A stretch of 64,000 nt of DNA from Octopus sinensis. Lineage: Eukaryota. Below, one piece after another: positions 1 through 11,900 of this stretch. The DNA lies in assembly GCF_006345805.1 (NCBI RefSeq), contig NC_043021.1:248001-312000 (forward strand), in the 5' to 3' direction. A program made the translations under genes and the position numbers. A model generated the notes under the pieces. That model worked only from the letters and a program-made list of their open reading frames with translations. It ran no database searches and was not told the origin of the DNA. Each line of letters begins with the position of its first letter. Positions within the stretch are counted from its first letter, which is position 1.

Positions 1-741
1 TTCAAGTCACAGCAACCCATTTAATTCAATAAATTACTTTAATTAAGGTAATGTTTGTCTTTCGAGCAAGCTGTCTATTTCTTGGCATCTTTTTAATCTG
101 TCTATTTCTAGTTAGTTAATAATCTCCCTGTCTGCTTCACTCTCCGTTTATTGATCGACTTATCTACCTATTTGTTGAACTGGGTGTTAACGTGCTCGGC
201 AAGCTAATAATAACAACTAAATTCCCCTCAAATTTCATTGCTATCGTCTTTGAAATAGAATAAAGCATTAGATAATGTGCATCTTATTTGAAGGAAAAAC
301 GCAATGATCGCATCTATGACCTGTTGTTAAATACCAGCTACAACAGTTGTTTAACATACCCAGCTAACACACCCTTTTAACACAGCCAATTTCCAAAGAA
401 TGCTCTCCTTATATAGACCAAGCTTCTATCATTGATAAATTCCCTTGTCTATCTACCCGGATTCAACAGTGTACTGAATTTCAAAGAGAAAGTAAGTCAA
501 CGAGATATTTCCTATGCTGTCCTTCGTTCCACAAGAAATAGCAGCTAAATATTCCTCAAATACGGAATATATATGTCGGTACTTTCTGTAAGAGATAACT
601 AGGTTCGGGAGGCGGCGAAACAATATAAACAACATCAACGACAGCAGCAGCAACAGCAACAAGCTAAGCAGGGAACATCGAGAAGACTAATGAGCCGTGT
701 CCAGTTTTTCACAAAATAAATAACACGCATATGTATATATA

Positions 742-897
742 GGCTTCTTTCAGTTTCCGTCTACCAGATCCAGTCACAAAGCTTTAATCGACCCGAGGCT
801 ATAGTAGAGGACATTTGCCTAGGGTGCTACAGAGCAGAACTGAACTCAGAACCATGTGGTTGGGAAGCAAGCTTCTTACCACAAAGCCACGCCTGCG
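742..897 (-). mobile_element. tRNA-derived SINE, family B (5' part)
   Basis: Head CGCAGGCGTGGCTTTGTGGTAAGAAGCTTGCTTCCCAACCACATGGTTCTGAGTTCAG shared with the copy at 61701; A/B-box-like motifs. Confidence 0.8.
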
Positions 898-914
898 ACT
901 ATAAAGTGTGAGAT

Positions 915-1033
915 GCTTACAGCATCTAGGTTTTACCGAGCGGTCACCCAACAAAGTACTCAGTTGGCTCGACGTTGCTTAACTTCGGGGATCAAACGAA
1001 AACCGATGCATTTAACATGATATGGCCCAGAAG
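915..1033 (-). pseudogene. 5S rRNA pseudogene (119 nt, colinear)
   Basis: Minus strand reads GGCCATATCATGTTAAATGCATCGGTTTTCGTTTGATCCCCGAAGTTAAGCAACGTCGAGCCAACTGAGTACTTTGTTGGGTGACCGCTCGGTAAAACCTAGATGCTGTAAGC, colinear with metazoan 5S rRNA (GGCCATACCAC...GATC.CCGAAGTTAAGCA.CG...AGTACTTGGATGGGTGACCGCC.GGGAATACC.GGTGCTGTAGGC). The first ~6 nt do not pair with the 3' end (helix I broken), box C is altered and there is no oligo-T terminator. Confidence 0.85.
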
Positions 1034-1195
1034 TAACAGTGTGACTCAAGGACCTTGAGTCACTCTGTATGTATGTGTGTATGTATGTATATATGTATGT
1101 ATGTATGTATATATGTATGTATGTATGTAGGTATGTATGTGTGTATGTATGTGTGTATGTATGAATGTATGTATATACATACATATAGATAGAAT

Positions 1196-1239
<44 letters not shown>

Positions 1240-1535
1240 GCACACATATAAATACACACACCTGCATATACACGCGTGTGTGTCTAAAATTACAAATATA
1301 CCACAATACCGAGGTTATGAATGAGTGTGTCTAAGGAAATCTTGAACCCTGTCTTTAATATATGTTTAGCGTCACCGAAGAGAATAGAGTTTGTGGTGAG
1401 ACCAGAAAAGCCTTGTCTGGTGGGACTGGCTGCTTATTTCCGCACAGAAGCACAACTAAATACATGTTTATAATCTGTATTGTATAGGGTTTCACCATAC
1501 ATAATTATCATATGTCTCTATATCTCTCTTCTTCT

Positions 1536-1594
<59 letters not shown>

Positions 1595-2231
1595 TTTCTA
1601 CGTGAGTGTATCTATGTGTCTATGTGTGTGTGTGAGAGAGAGCGTAACTATACATTTATCATCAACCACTTACAATCAAGCCATCTTTCTGTTCCATTTT
1701 AGAATAACCAAGAACTGCTTTTATGGATACAACGCCCCGCACTCTCCCTCTCATCCCCCAGCAGACATTCCATTGCCATACAAACATGCAAAGTATCAAT
1801 TAAAATGTGATCAGTCGTCCTATTGACCTTTTAGCTCTAAATTCTACACACTTTACTTGAAACGACACCAGGAATTTTAATGTCCTTAAAGGATACTCAA
1901 AGAGACACTAAGTATAAATCACAGTCAACAGAGACACGTTTGCTCGTCTGTTTAGGTCCATACAGAACGTCAATAAACCACCAGCGACACACCCACAAAA
2001 CTCCCGACACTTTGTCTGCAGAGGAACATTGTAATGCAAACCAGAAATAAAGAAGTGAGTGTTGGTGCCAATGGCGGTTATCATGGTGGTGGTGGTGGTG
2101 GTTGCGGTAAATACTACACTAATGCAAACATTTCATTTTCCAGGCAACAACAGGAGAAAACCTCGGATTTCTTTCTATGTTATTCTGACCTCATTAGTAA
2201 AGTATTACTTTCAATATAAATACCGCAGTTA

Positions 2232-2446
2232 AGGCAACCAGCTGGCAGAAACGTTAGCATTTCCGGCAGAATGTTTAGTAGCATTTCTTTCGTTTTAAGT
2301 TCAAATTCCGCCGAAGTCGACTTTGGCTTTTGTCTTTTCGGGGTTGATAAAATAAATACCAGTTGAAGACTGGAGTCGATTTCATCGGCTTGCCCCCATT
2401 CCCACCCAAAACAACTACTGGCCTTGTGCCAAAATTTGAAATTAAT
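2232..2446 (+). mobile_element. tRNA-derived SINE, family A
   Basis: GCTGGCAGAAACGTTAGC...AGTTCAAATTCCGCCGAAGTCGACTTTG...GTTGATAAAATAAATACCAGT...GCCTTGTGCCAAAATTTGAAA; same consensus as many other copies in the window. Confidence 0.8.
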
Positions 2447-3621
2447 CTCTGTAAGTGAAGTAGATAAACGTCTGCGAGAAAGAAAAATAACATTGGAAGA
2501 GAGACAACTGAGAAGCTGTTCTGAATTATTACAAGAAAGCGAACTCTTCAAATGACACATACGGACCAATTGTTGTTGTTGTACCCCGATCGTGCCGACC
2601 TCTGATCAAAAGCATTATAGCCGTTACCACCCCGTCTTTTTCGTAGTTGTGTCTGATATATTTTAGCGTTAAGACCGCAGGAAAAGATGTCCTGTTGGTC
2701 GAGCATCCACATCGAGTGACGTGATAATGCTTCCACTGACATTTGTCATATTTCCTCATCAATGGTTGTGGTTAATTTAAGATGTCTGCCGTTTAATATT
2801 ATCACAGTAATATTGTGGTATAGGGTTGTTTATGCGAAAGTCAAGTCGAACGTTGCGTGACTTCCTTACAGATAGAATCGTCGTCTGTTTGGCATTCAAT
2901 ATACATTATATCGAGATGACTTCCTTTATGTAAATAGCTTCATAGAAGCTCAATCGTTCCCCAGCTAGAAATATTAAACAGTTGAACGATATTAAAAGTA
3001 ACTTATTGACTGAGACAAACGAGATAAAGTACGCTATTAAATATCCTTCAGGTAGAATTTAGTGTAATTTGCAAGTTTATGACAGGCAGAGTCCGAAAAC
3101 CACTTTTGGTTCCCGCTAATAACTTAGTGAACATCAAATATGTAACAAAGTTGCTTGGGATACGCATAAACACCACAACTTCCTTTCATTGAAACTCTTA
3201 AATGATTTGAGCCAACTATCCGGAAATGAAGGACTTTGATTTCGAAAAGTGATGTAATTAAAAATATACATTTTTCTTCAATGAACAGCATTGGTTGGTA
3301 GGCAAATTCCGGTAATTTCTGAATATGAATGGGGGGTGGGTAGTTGTATCCATTAAAAGGACTTCAGTTGTGAATTCTAGCTAAACAAAGATATTTCAAA
3401 GATACAACATTCTTCTTGCTGACTTTGGTAAATTCTTTCAGTGGAACAACCGAGTAGACTGGGCCAGTGACGTTTGACCTTTTATCTTTGGTGGTAAATG
3501 ACGAACCTAAGGAAACTTGTCGACAAAGATTAAAAGACAGAGAATGCCATATGGTTGTTATTTTCTGTGGGAAAATTAATCCAACATGTTGGTTCTTCGA
3601 CTTGGAATGGAGACTTTAAAG

Positions 3622-3975
3622 CAATGGTTCTCAACCTGGGTCCGTATGGCCCCTGAGTGTCCATATAAGATTTTTAGGGGTCCACGTTACAAAATAGTAA
3701 ATTTCAGATTCACAATTGTATTTTAAGGGCCTCTGTAAACATTTAGTTTTAGACGTATGTATTGGTATGTATTGCAAGAAACAGCTGGGTTTCTTTCTCT
3801 AACATTTCACATAGTTCAACCTACTCGAGTTAATACGAGAAAAACGAAATAGGAATATTGAAAGAACTATCTATAAAACTAGTTTATAAACTAGCTAAGA
3901 GGCTATGAGGGTCCACCAGAATAAAATAGTAATTAAAGGGATCCATAGATAAAAAAAAATGGCTGTGAACCCTTG
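3622..3975. mobile_element. hAT-like non-autonomous DNA transposon (MITE)
   Basis: Left end CAATGGTTCTCAACC resembles the hAT/Charlie TIR CAGTGGTTCTCAACC; degenerate right end GGCTGTGAACCCTTG; subterminal GGGTCC repeats. No 8-bp TSD seen. Confidence 0.55.
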
Positions 3976-4507
3976 CGTTATTGGAAATGTCACCGCTGGC
4001 ATGCTAACAAATAGAGCCAAACAAAAACAACACTCAAGCTTGTTCACTCTCGGACAAAGGATGGAGAACAAAACGTTAAATTCTTCCCTCATCGCGGTAC
4101 AAGAGACTCTCATGTTAACTATTGCTACCATGACTACAGCGTAGGTGGCAGAGCACCACCCATGCTGGAGCCACTCACTGAAGACTTCAATTCTGATTTC
4201 AATCAAAATGTTAAGGGTTCAATTTTTTCAATTAATTTCAATATATTTCAAAGATGCAGAATGAAATGGTTTACTAGAAATAACTATAAAGACGGAGAGA
4301 TAATTAGATTTATGTTAACATATTTAATAATACAGTTAGAACTGAATGGCTAACTAGAAATAACTATCAGGTGAAGACAGATAATTAAGTTAATATTAGC
4401 ATATTTGATAATACATTCAGTTTTAAATGGTTGACTAGAAATATTCTTACATAAAAGAAAATGCAATATTACTCAGTAATTAATATTGTTAATATTTCTG
4501 GCAATTA

Positions 4508-4685
4508 AAGCGTCGAGCTGGCAGAATCGTTAGGACGCTGGGTAAAATGCTTAGCGGCATTTCGTCTGTCTTCATGTTCTGAGTTCAAATTTCGTCGAGG
4601 CTGACTTTTACTCTTCCTGGTACTCGATAAAATAAATATCACTTCCCTGAAATTGCTAGCCTCATGCCAAAATTTGAAATCAATA
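4508..4685 (+). mobile_element. SINE family A
   Basis: GCGTCGAGCTGGCAGAATCGTTAG...GAGTTCAAATTTCG...AAAATTTGAAATC. Confidence 0.75.
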
Positions 4686-4895
4686 TTTCTGGTAAGTTCA
4701 GGAGCGATAACTTTGGATAGGTTTCAATTTTATTCTGATCACATCATCGAAGTGAAAAAAATATATTTACCGTAGTAGTAACGAAAGAATCACTGAGTAA
4801 ATAGTGAGACGGGTAATGTAAAGGAAATATAATCATTTCCAGGTAAATGAGAAATGCATGATAACCAATAGTTAAGTTAGTGTTTGGTGCGAGGG

Positions 4896-5222
4896 AAGTC
4901 GGCGATCTGGCAGAGTGGTTAGCACGCCGGGCAAAATGCTTAGCAGTATTTCGTCTGTCGCTACGTTATGAGTTCAAATTCCGCCGAGGTCGACTTTGCC
5001 TTTCATCCTTTCGGGGTCGATTAAATAAGTACCAGTTACGCACTGGGGTCGATATAATCGACTTAATCCGTTTGTCTGTCCATGTTTGTCCTCTCTGTAT
5101 TTAGCCCCTTGTGGGTAGTAAAGAAATGGGTATTTCGTCTGTCTTTACAAGTTGCATACTGAGGTCGATCTAATTGACTGGCCCCCACTCCTAAAAAATT
5201 TCAGGCCTAGTAGAAAAGAATA
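4896..5222 (+). mobile_element. SINE family A with duplicated body
   Basis: Well-preserved head and core (TTCAAATTCCGCCGAGGTCGACTTTGCCTTTCATCCTTTCGGGGTCGAT); the body restarts after GTAGTAAAGAAAT. Confidence 0.85.
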
Positions 5223-5231
5223 TTTTTTTCT

Positions 5232-5403
5232 ACTTTAGGAAAGGGGCTACTCGATTAGATCGACCCCAGTGCGTAACTGGTACTTAATTTATCGACCTCG
5301 AAAGAATGAAATCAAAGTCGACTACGGTGGAATTTGAACTCAGAACGTAAAACCACTTAGAATTTTGCCCAGCGGGCTAACGTTTCTGCCAGCTCGCCGC
5401 CTT
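5232..5403 (-). mobile_element. SINE family A, inverted relative to the 4896 copy
   Basis: Reverse complement begins AAGGCGGCGAGCTGGCAGAAACGTTAGC. Confidence 0.85.
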
Positions 5404-7609
5404 AGAGGAGAAAGGAATATTAACAAACTGAACTAGAAATGAGTCGCCTAGGAAAGAAAAAGACGATAGGAGTTAATTTGTCGGTTGAGGTTTCGATCTA
5501 CATCCATATTCATTATACTGTTGCTTTCTTTTTATTTTTGTTAGTTTCATGCTTTTCTTTTTTTAATCGTTTTTCTTTTCTATGTTTTTTTTATATATAT
5601 ACTTAATACTCAGGAAACAAAGTGGCCAAATGTACTGGAAGAATAAAGAATAAAGAGTACTGAATATAGTAAGGTGCTATACAATTTGTGTCAATTCTAT
5701 CAGCTTCCATCAAACGTAAAGGAAGTTTCGATGAGGCGTGCTATGACAACAAAACTTTGAAGGAATCACATCGCAAATGTCACCAACTGATCAACGAAAC
5801 AGATAAAATGCTTTTAACGATCGGAACAACTTCAACAGCGAGAGTTTTGTCGATTTTGCTTTCGTTTCCTTTTCTCCCTTTTTGCTTTGCCTTTCTTTTT
5901 AGGTTTTAGTTGTTGTTGTTGTTGTTGTTGTTTTTCTTTCGATAAAGAAATAATGCAAGAACTTCTCCACTGTAAATGTAATTCTATTCAAGAGCCTTCT
6001 ACAACAAAACAAACAAGTTGAACCCAAGTTTGTCGATTTTCTTCACAGTTTTGCAAACACAGAACAACACATCGTATCAAATATTAGAAAATAGAAGATA
6101 ATAACTTGAAAGAGATTCACTTCTATGGGAGAAGCGGGGGGAGGAGGGAGGGACGGGGGGTTTGTGTTTGTGTGTGAGGGTGTGTGTGTGTGTGTGTGTG
6201 TGTGAGGGTGTGTAAATACGTGTAAGCTTGTGGTTCTGTGTTGAAGGGAAAACATTATTTGCATAGAGAAAGAATTACATTATCGTTTTAATTGTCATCA
6301 CAAACAATAATGTACAGACATTGTTATTTAACTGTTGTTGTTGTTGTTATTTCTGCTACTGTTATTTGTTGAACTGCAGTTGTTGTTATTAGTGTTTTTG
6401 TTGTGGTTGGTGGTGGTGGTGGTGGTGGTGGTGGTGTGACTGTTGCTGCTGTCGTTGTTTATGCTGATGGAATTGATGTTGTTTACCCATGTTATTTATA
6501 TTCTTATTAATGTTGCTGCGTTGTTATGGAGTTCTTATTGTTGCTGCTGCTGCGACTGCTGCTGCTGCTGGTTTGTGGTGATGTTATCAAACGTACTGTT
6601 TGACTTCCTCCGCCATTTCCATCCAATCAATATTCAAATGAAACAACAGAGTCGGGAAATTAATTCCCAAACTAAACATGAACGAGGTGCAAATGAACGG
6701 TTCAGGAAAGTGGCATCAGTTCTGAAGGGTGGAGGAACGAGTGAGGCGGCGGGAGGTCATTGTACGTGAATGAAGGCCATGGCAGGTAGAGAAAGTGGTG
6801 AGGGCTTTAATGTATTGCGAATCAGAAGAATTTCGAAGATTCACTCAATAAACTTACACTGCTCGCCTCAATAAATGGGTTCCATGGCGGATAATAGGTC
6901 TCGAATCGAATTTCATTCTGCAACATGTTATATTTATATATGTATGTGTATGTGTGTGTATGAATATATAACTAGCAGCTAAGCGCGATTTCACCCGGTC
7001 GGTTTGGATGATGTGGCTGTAAAACCTGCTCTGTGTAAGCATTCGACTTGTTTGGGCACACTTAAAAACAATTTTAGAATGGCTTTTTTTCTGTGAAAAC
7101 GCTAAAAATAACTGAGCAACAGAAAAAAAAACAAGATTCAACCAAATCAAAAACTGAACCCAAATACTAAGCGAACAAAGATGAACCATCCCACTTCTAT
7201 TGCGCTCGCACACGCACACACAAATGCGCGCGCGCGAACACACACACACATTCACATATCCCCTTCTACATACACACATATGTTCACACAGAGTTGAAAC
7301 GCTGTTTGATTTATATTTTTCATCGTACAATTTTCATCATCCACCACCAAGTATGACATCACCCCTTCCTTCCTTATTCATCTATCACTCCTTCCTTCCT
7401 TCCTTCCTTTCTCATTCATAAACACAAGAGTATTATTATAGTAGATTATCTCGGTAACCATGGGAGCAATGGAAAAATACAAAGCCCAGCATCACCACCG
7501 AATCATTCTACACATCTGTGTGATTTTTCGCGCAATACCACCCAGCCGTTTGACCGTGAATCCCAAGACAAGAAAGAATCACCCATGACAAATTTATATA
7601 TACATATAT

Positions 7610-7651
<42 letters not shown>

Positions 7652-8371
7652 GTAACCGATCCTTCAAAGGGGTGCGTAAAACATCAAAATCACTTGTACG
7701 TCAGTCGAATACCACATAAATATGGGTGGAATGCAAATGGGACATTTACTTGTTAGTTACTGTGAATAATCCTTATTTAAATAACTTCAAATCTGGTTAC
7801 TTCTGAAAAACTAGTAATATTTTGATAGCCATTATTATAGCCTAACTTTATATCTATGGGATAATATAGGTTGCAGTCATTGTAGCTCTAAGCTTATCTT
7901 CATATTTATTACGGAATTCTCCCTCCGATAACTTAAGTAAATGAACATTTTTTGTTAGTTACTTTAAACTTTTTTATATCACTAACTTTAAATAAAAGAG
8001 AAGAGCTGTTATAGATTACCAGTATAATAGTATATTATCATTTATATTTATTTAAACGTTTTATTACAGTCTCTAGATTGAGTAGGACCCTGATACTTAA
8101 TTTATATACTTTATATTGTTGCTGTATGTTATTAAAATAGCCAAGGATTGTCTTCGACCCAAACGAGTTTGGATTAATATCGTTTGAGATGTAGTTGTAG
8201 ATTCAATTTACTTAATTATTTTGTCCGTTATAATTTTGTTGTTTCTTAATTGTAATTGTTATGCAGTTGAAAAGTGAACGCTCTCGCTCATAATACATAA
8301 GCATTTGAATTATTTTTCTTTTATAATCCAGCTGTCCTTTCACGGGCAATTTCGTCTGTTTTTAAACCAAA

Positions 8372-8450
8372 ACTCTGAAGAGACTTATATAAGCAGATAT
8401 GTGTTGTTTGTAAATCAAATAATGTATATAAGTCGAAACAGACTGTTGGC
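8372..8450 (+). ncRNA. Hammerhead-ribozyme-like motif (type I, minimal helix III), probably Penelope-like-element derived
   Basis: CTGAAGA (8375-8381), then GACTTATATA / 33-nt loop / TATATAAGTC (perfect 10-bp helix II), GAAA (8435-8438), CAG-A-CTG, then TT (GUU triplet). Helix I pairs poorly. Confidence 0.5.
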
Positions 8451-8654
8451 GCTTTTGCTTTTTTTAAAGACTTTTTATGTTATTTTATATCATATTATGT
8501 TATCATATGAATAAATTATTGAATTGTCAATTGAATCTTTCTATTTAATTAATTGTTTATATATATATATATATATAATATATATATATATATACATGAG
8601 AACACTCCATCGTTTACGACAACGATGTTACCAGCTGATACGATCAACAGAACA

Positions 8655-8920
8655 GCCTGCTCGTGAAATTAACGTACAAGTGGCTGAGCACTCCACAGAC
8701 ACGTGTACCCTTAACGTAGTTCTCAGGGAGATTCAGCGTGACACAGAGTGTGACAAGGCCGGCCCTTTGAAATACAGGTACAATTCATTTTTGCTAGTTG
8801 AGTGGACTGGAGCAACGTGAAATAAAGTAACTTGCTCAAGGACACAACGCGTCACCGGAAATTGAACTCACAGCCTTATGATCGTGAGCCGAATGCCCTA
8901 ACCACTAAGCCACACGACTT
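8655..8920 (-). mobile_element. tRNA-derived SINE, family C
   Basis: Head GTGTGGCTTAGTGGTTAGGGCATTCGGCTCACGATC...GAGTTCAATTTCCGG; body CCTTGAGCAAG...TTGCTCCAGTCCACTCAACT shared with the 56040 copy. Confidence 0.8.
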
Positions 8921-8931
8921 CATATATATAA

Positions 8932-8963
<32 letters not shown>

Positions 8964-11900
8964 CAAATACATATACATATAATATTTATATAAATATGTA
9001 TATAGATTTATATATAAATATACCTGTGTGCGTGTGTGTGTATAAATGCATATGTATAGATATATATACAGATAAGTGTGTGTTTGTTTGTATGTGCGAG
9101 TGTATATACACACACACAAATATTTGTTTGTAGGTAGAGTTAATGATTCAGACGGCCATTACTCAGTTTCCTGGGGATGTAAGTAGACTCGTCGTGTGAT
9201 CCATTAGGCACGTGACATTCCGCCGATGAAACTCGGAGGGAAGTCTGTACAAGTCATTAACTGTTTTCCTACGAAAACAAACTCTAATGAATGAAGTGGT
9301 CTTTTCTTTTCTGTATAAAACCATACACACCATGCACACTCACACACAAACATGCATTATATTAAGTGTGTGCGTGTGTATGTGTGTATGTGTGTATTTG
9401 TGTGACAGTGTGTGTAGATATATATGTAATAGAACTAAATATCTTACAAATATGGGAAAATATGTTGTTGTTTTTGTAAAACATCTAATCAAAAAGTTCG
9501 ATATTGAAAAACAAAAATGAATTTCCTGTTTTAAGCCATAATATAATGAAGTGTAATCATGGCGAAAACGTTACGACATGGGGGATAATGGCTTCTGGAA
9601 TGCCTTGCTTAATAGTTTTGCTCTATTCTGGCAAGGTTAATTTGGGGCGAAACATTCAAAGAGTGCGCCTCCACGTAGTTTTGTGGCTAACCAGACGCAT
9701 CAGCCTAATCTTGAGCAAATACGACCCACCTATTGTCTTTAAAAATGAAGTCATTGGATTATGTAATCACAGTTGTCTTTCAATAGATGTTATGGCCATA
9801 GCTGGAAAGTCTTTTGCATCAGAGGCCTGATACAAAATAAGGGGAAGTAACAGGTAGAGGAGAAGGAATATATAGGTCAGAACCTGTATACCGCCATTTT
9901 GAAGTGAGCGGTGTACGTCGAGTCAGTAATGGCCGTTCAGTGATGCGTAATTGTTCAAGCTAAGCTTACAGTTATTATTGCCTGTAAAGGTTTAGAGTTG
10001 GTATTGCAGCTAATAAACTACAACATAGAAGCTATGTATACAAGCGTATATATGCAAATGTCTCTACAAAAAATATATACATATATAAACGTTTATGTAG
10101 ATATATGTGGTGTGTGTGTGTGTGTGTGTGTATGCGCGCGCGTGTGTGTGTTATATGGTGAATAAACAGTATCTAAAGTAAAACATGACACAAAATGCAA
10201 ACAAGATTCATCTATTTTTTTATACTATAAACGGTGACAATTATGTTGCGCAGTATGGCTCCACTGACACGCGCCTGCGTCCACATCCGCGCATGCGCAG
10301 AAACATAAATACAGACACATACATACACACATACATACACACAAACACACATATATACGTGCACACACACATACATACATACATACTACATACATACATA
10401 CATACATACATACATACACACACACATACGCACCGATGTGGAGATTATTGTGTGCATCTGTATGCGATTTTGTTTCTTTCTGTATACATACTTACGTACG
10501 TACGTATGTATGTATGTATGTATGTATGTATGTATGTATGTATGTATGTAGTATGTATGTATGTATGTGAGTATGTACGTACGCGTACCTCATGCAGTGT
10601 TGCGGCTTCACTAGAAAAGTGACGCCTAGTTGAATACATATTCATGTCATCTATCAAAGCCAAAAATTAATATTTTTTCATAACCCCTCGTCGTCCATTT
10701 AATCATATAATGTTCAACAACAGAAGAACCTTGCCTTAGATGACAAACACTAACAGAACATACTAGAAAAAAAAATGAAGTTTTTTATTCATCATTTTGT
10801 GCATCTTTATTTCACTACTATCCTCACACGAGATACAAAGCAATATGTCCGCCTTACATATTTACTGCATTCATTGGTTTCTGTGGTTTATCCACCATTT
10901 ATTGTCATAGCTAGTATTTAATGTTTCATAAGTCTGTGTATGTGAATGCGTGTGCGTGTATATAAATGTGTGTGCGAGTGTCTATACCTGCATATATATC
11001 ATGTTTATATATGCATGTATATGTGTGTTTGAATGTATGTGTGCATTTATATATATATATATGTGTGTGTGTGTGCCATGGTCGCCAAAAGTAAGTGTAT
11101 TTAGCCGTCTCTAAGTCTTTCGGTTCCCTTCCACTTGAAGAAGAAGCAGAAACCCCTTCGACCAACAAAGAAATAACGTCTCCCTCAAATCCCACCCTAT
11201 TGCCTTATGTAACCTCTCCACTGAGCATTATACTACCTAATGTATATATAGCAGTGATGGTCACGACCGGAAACGCTTTGAATGTAGCTATGCTGAACAC
11301 GAAACAAGTAAACCGGTGAATAGGGAGGAGAGCAAATTATCAAAGAACGTAACCTGAAAACAGCGAAACCATCGATTTGACAATGCATTAAAACACGTGA
11401 CTACAACATATGAGAGAGTCACGAAAATATGGCCATGAGCCAATGAGAACGCCTATGTGTGGTTGATCCACTTGCTAAAAATAGCAACCAGATTTCCACC
11501 GTGTGAAAGTCTAATGTCTTACGAAAAGAACAAATTTAATGGATTATACAAATGGATTGTTTTTGATGATAGTTGTAATCAATCGATATCGAGTTGGGGC
11601 TAATGACAACCATCGAACCAATGCAGTACCCAGTCACACCAATATAGCTCTACACCCCACAACCCAGCCACCATACACCATCAGTGCACCCAAATCTATC
11701 GCATCACCACGTCACCCACAACCCACCGTAACACCCACCAATCACCACATCACTAATCAACCACATCACGAATCCATCTTTCAACCACCGCCCCAACACG
11801 CCACCATCTCAACGTACCACTATACCATTTAACAACCGAAACAGGTAAACAGTCAATACTGTAATCATCGATGACGTCATTGATTAGTTCATTATCTAAA

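Noticed and set aside
2180-2762. Minus-strand ORFs of 129, 77 and 64 aa with a TCC|GTATGT donor at about 2562
   Set aside because: The 129-aa ORF runs through a SINE; the others match nothing I recognise and could not be joined convincingly to neighbouring exon candidates.
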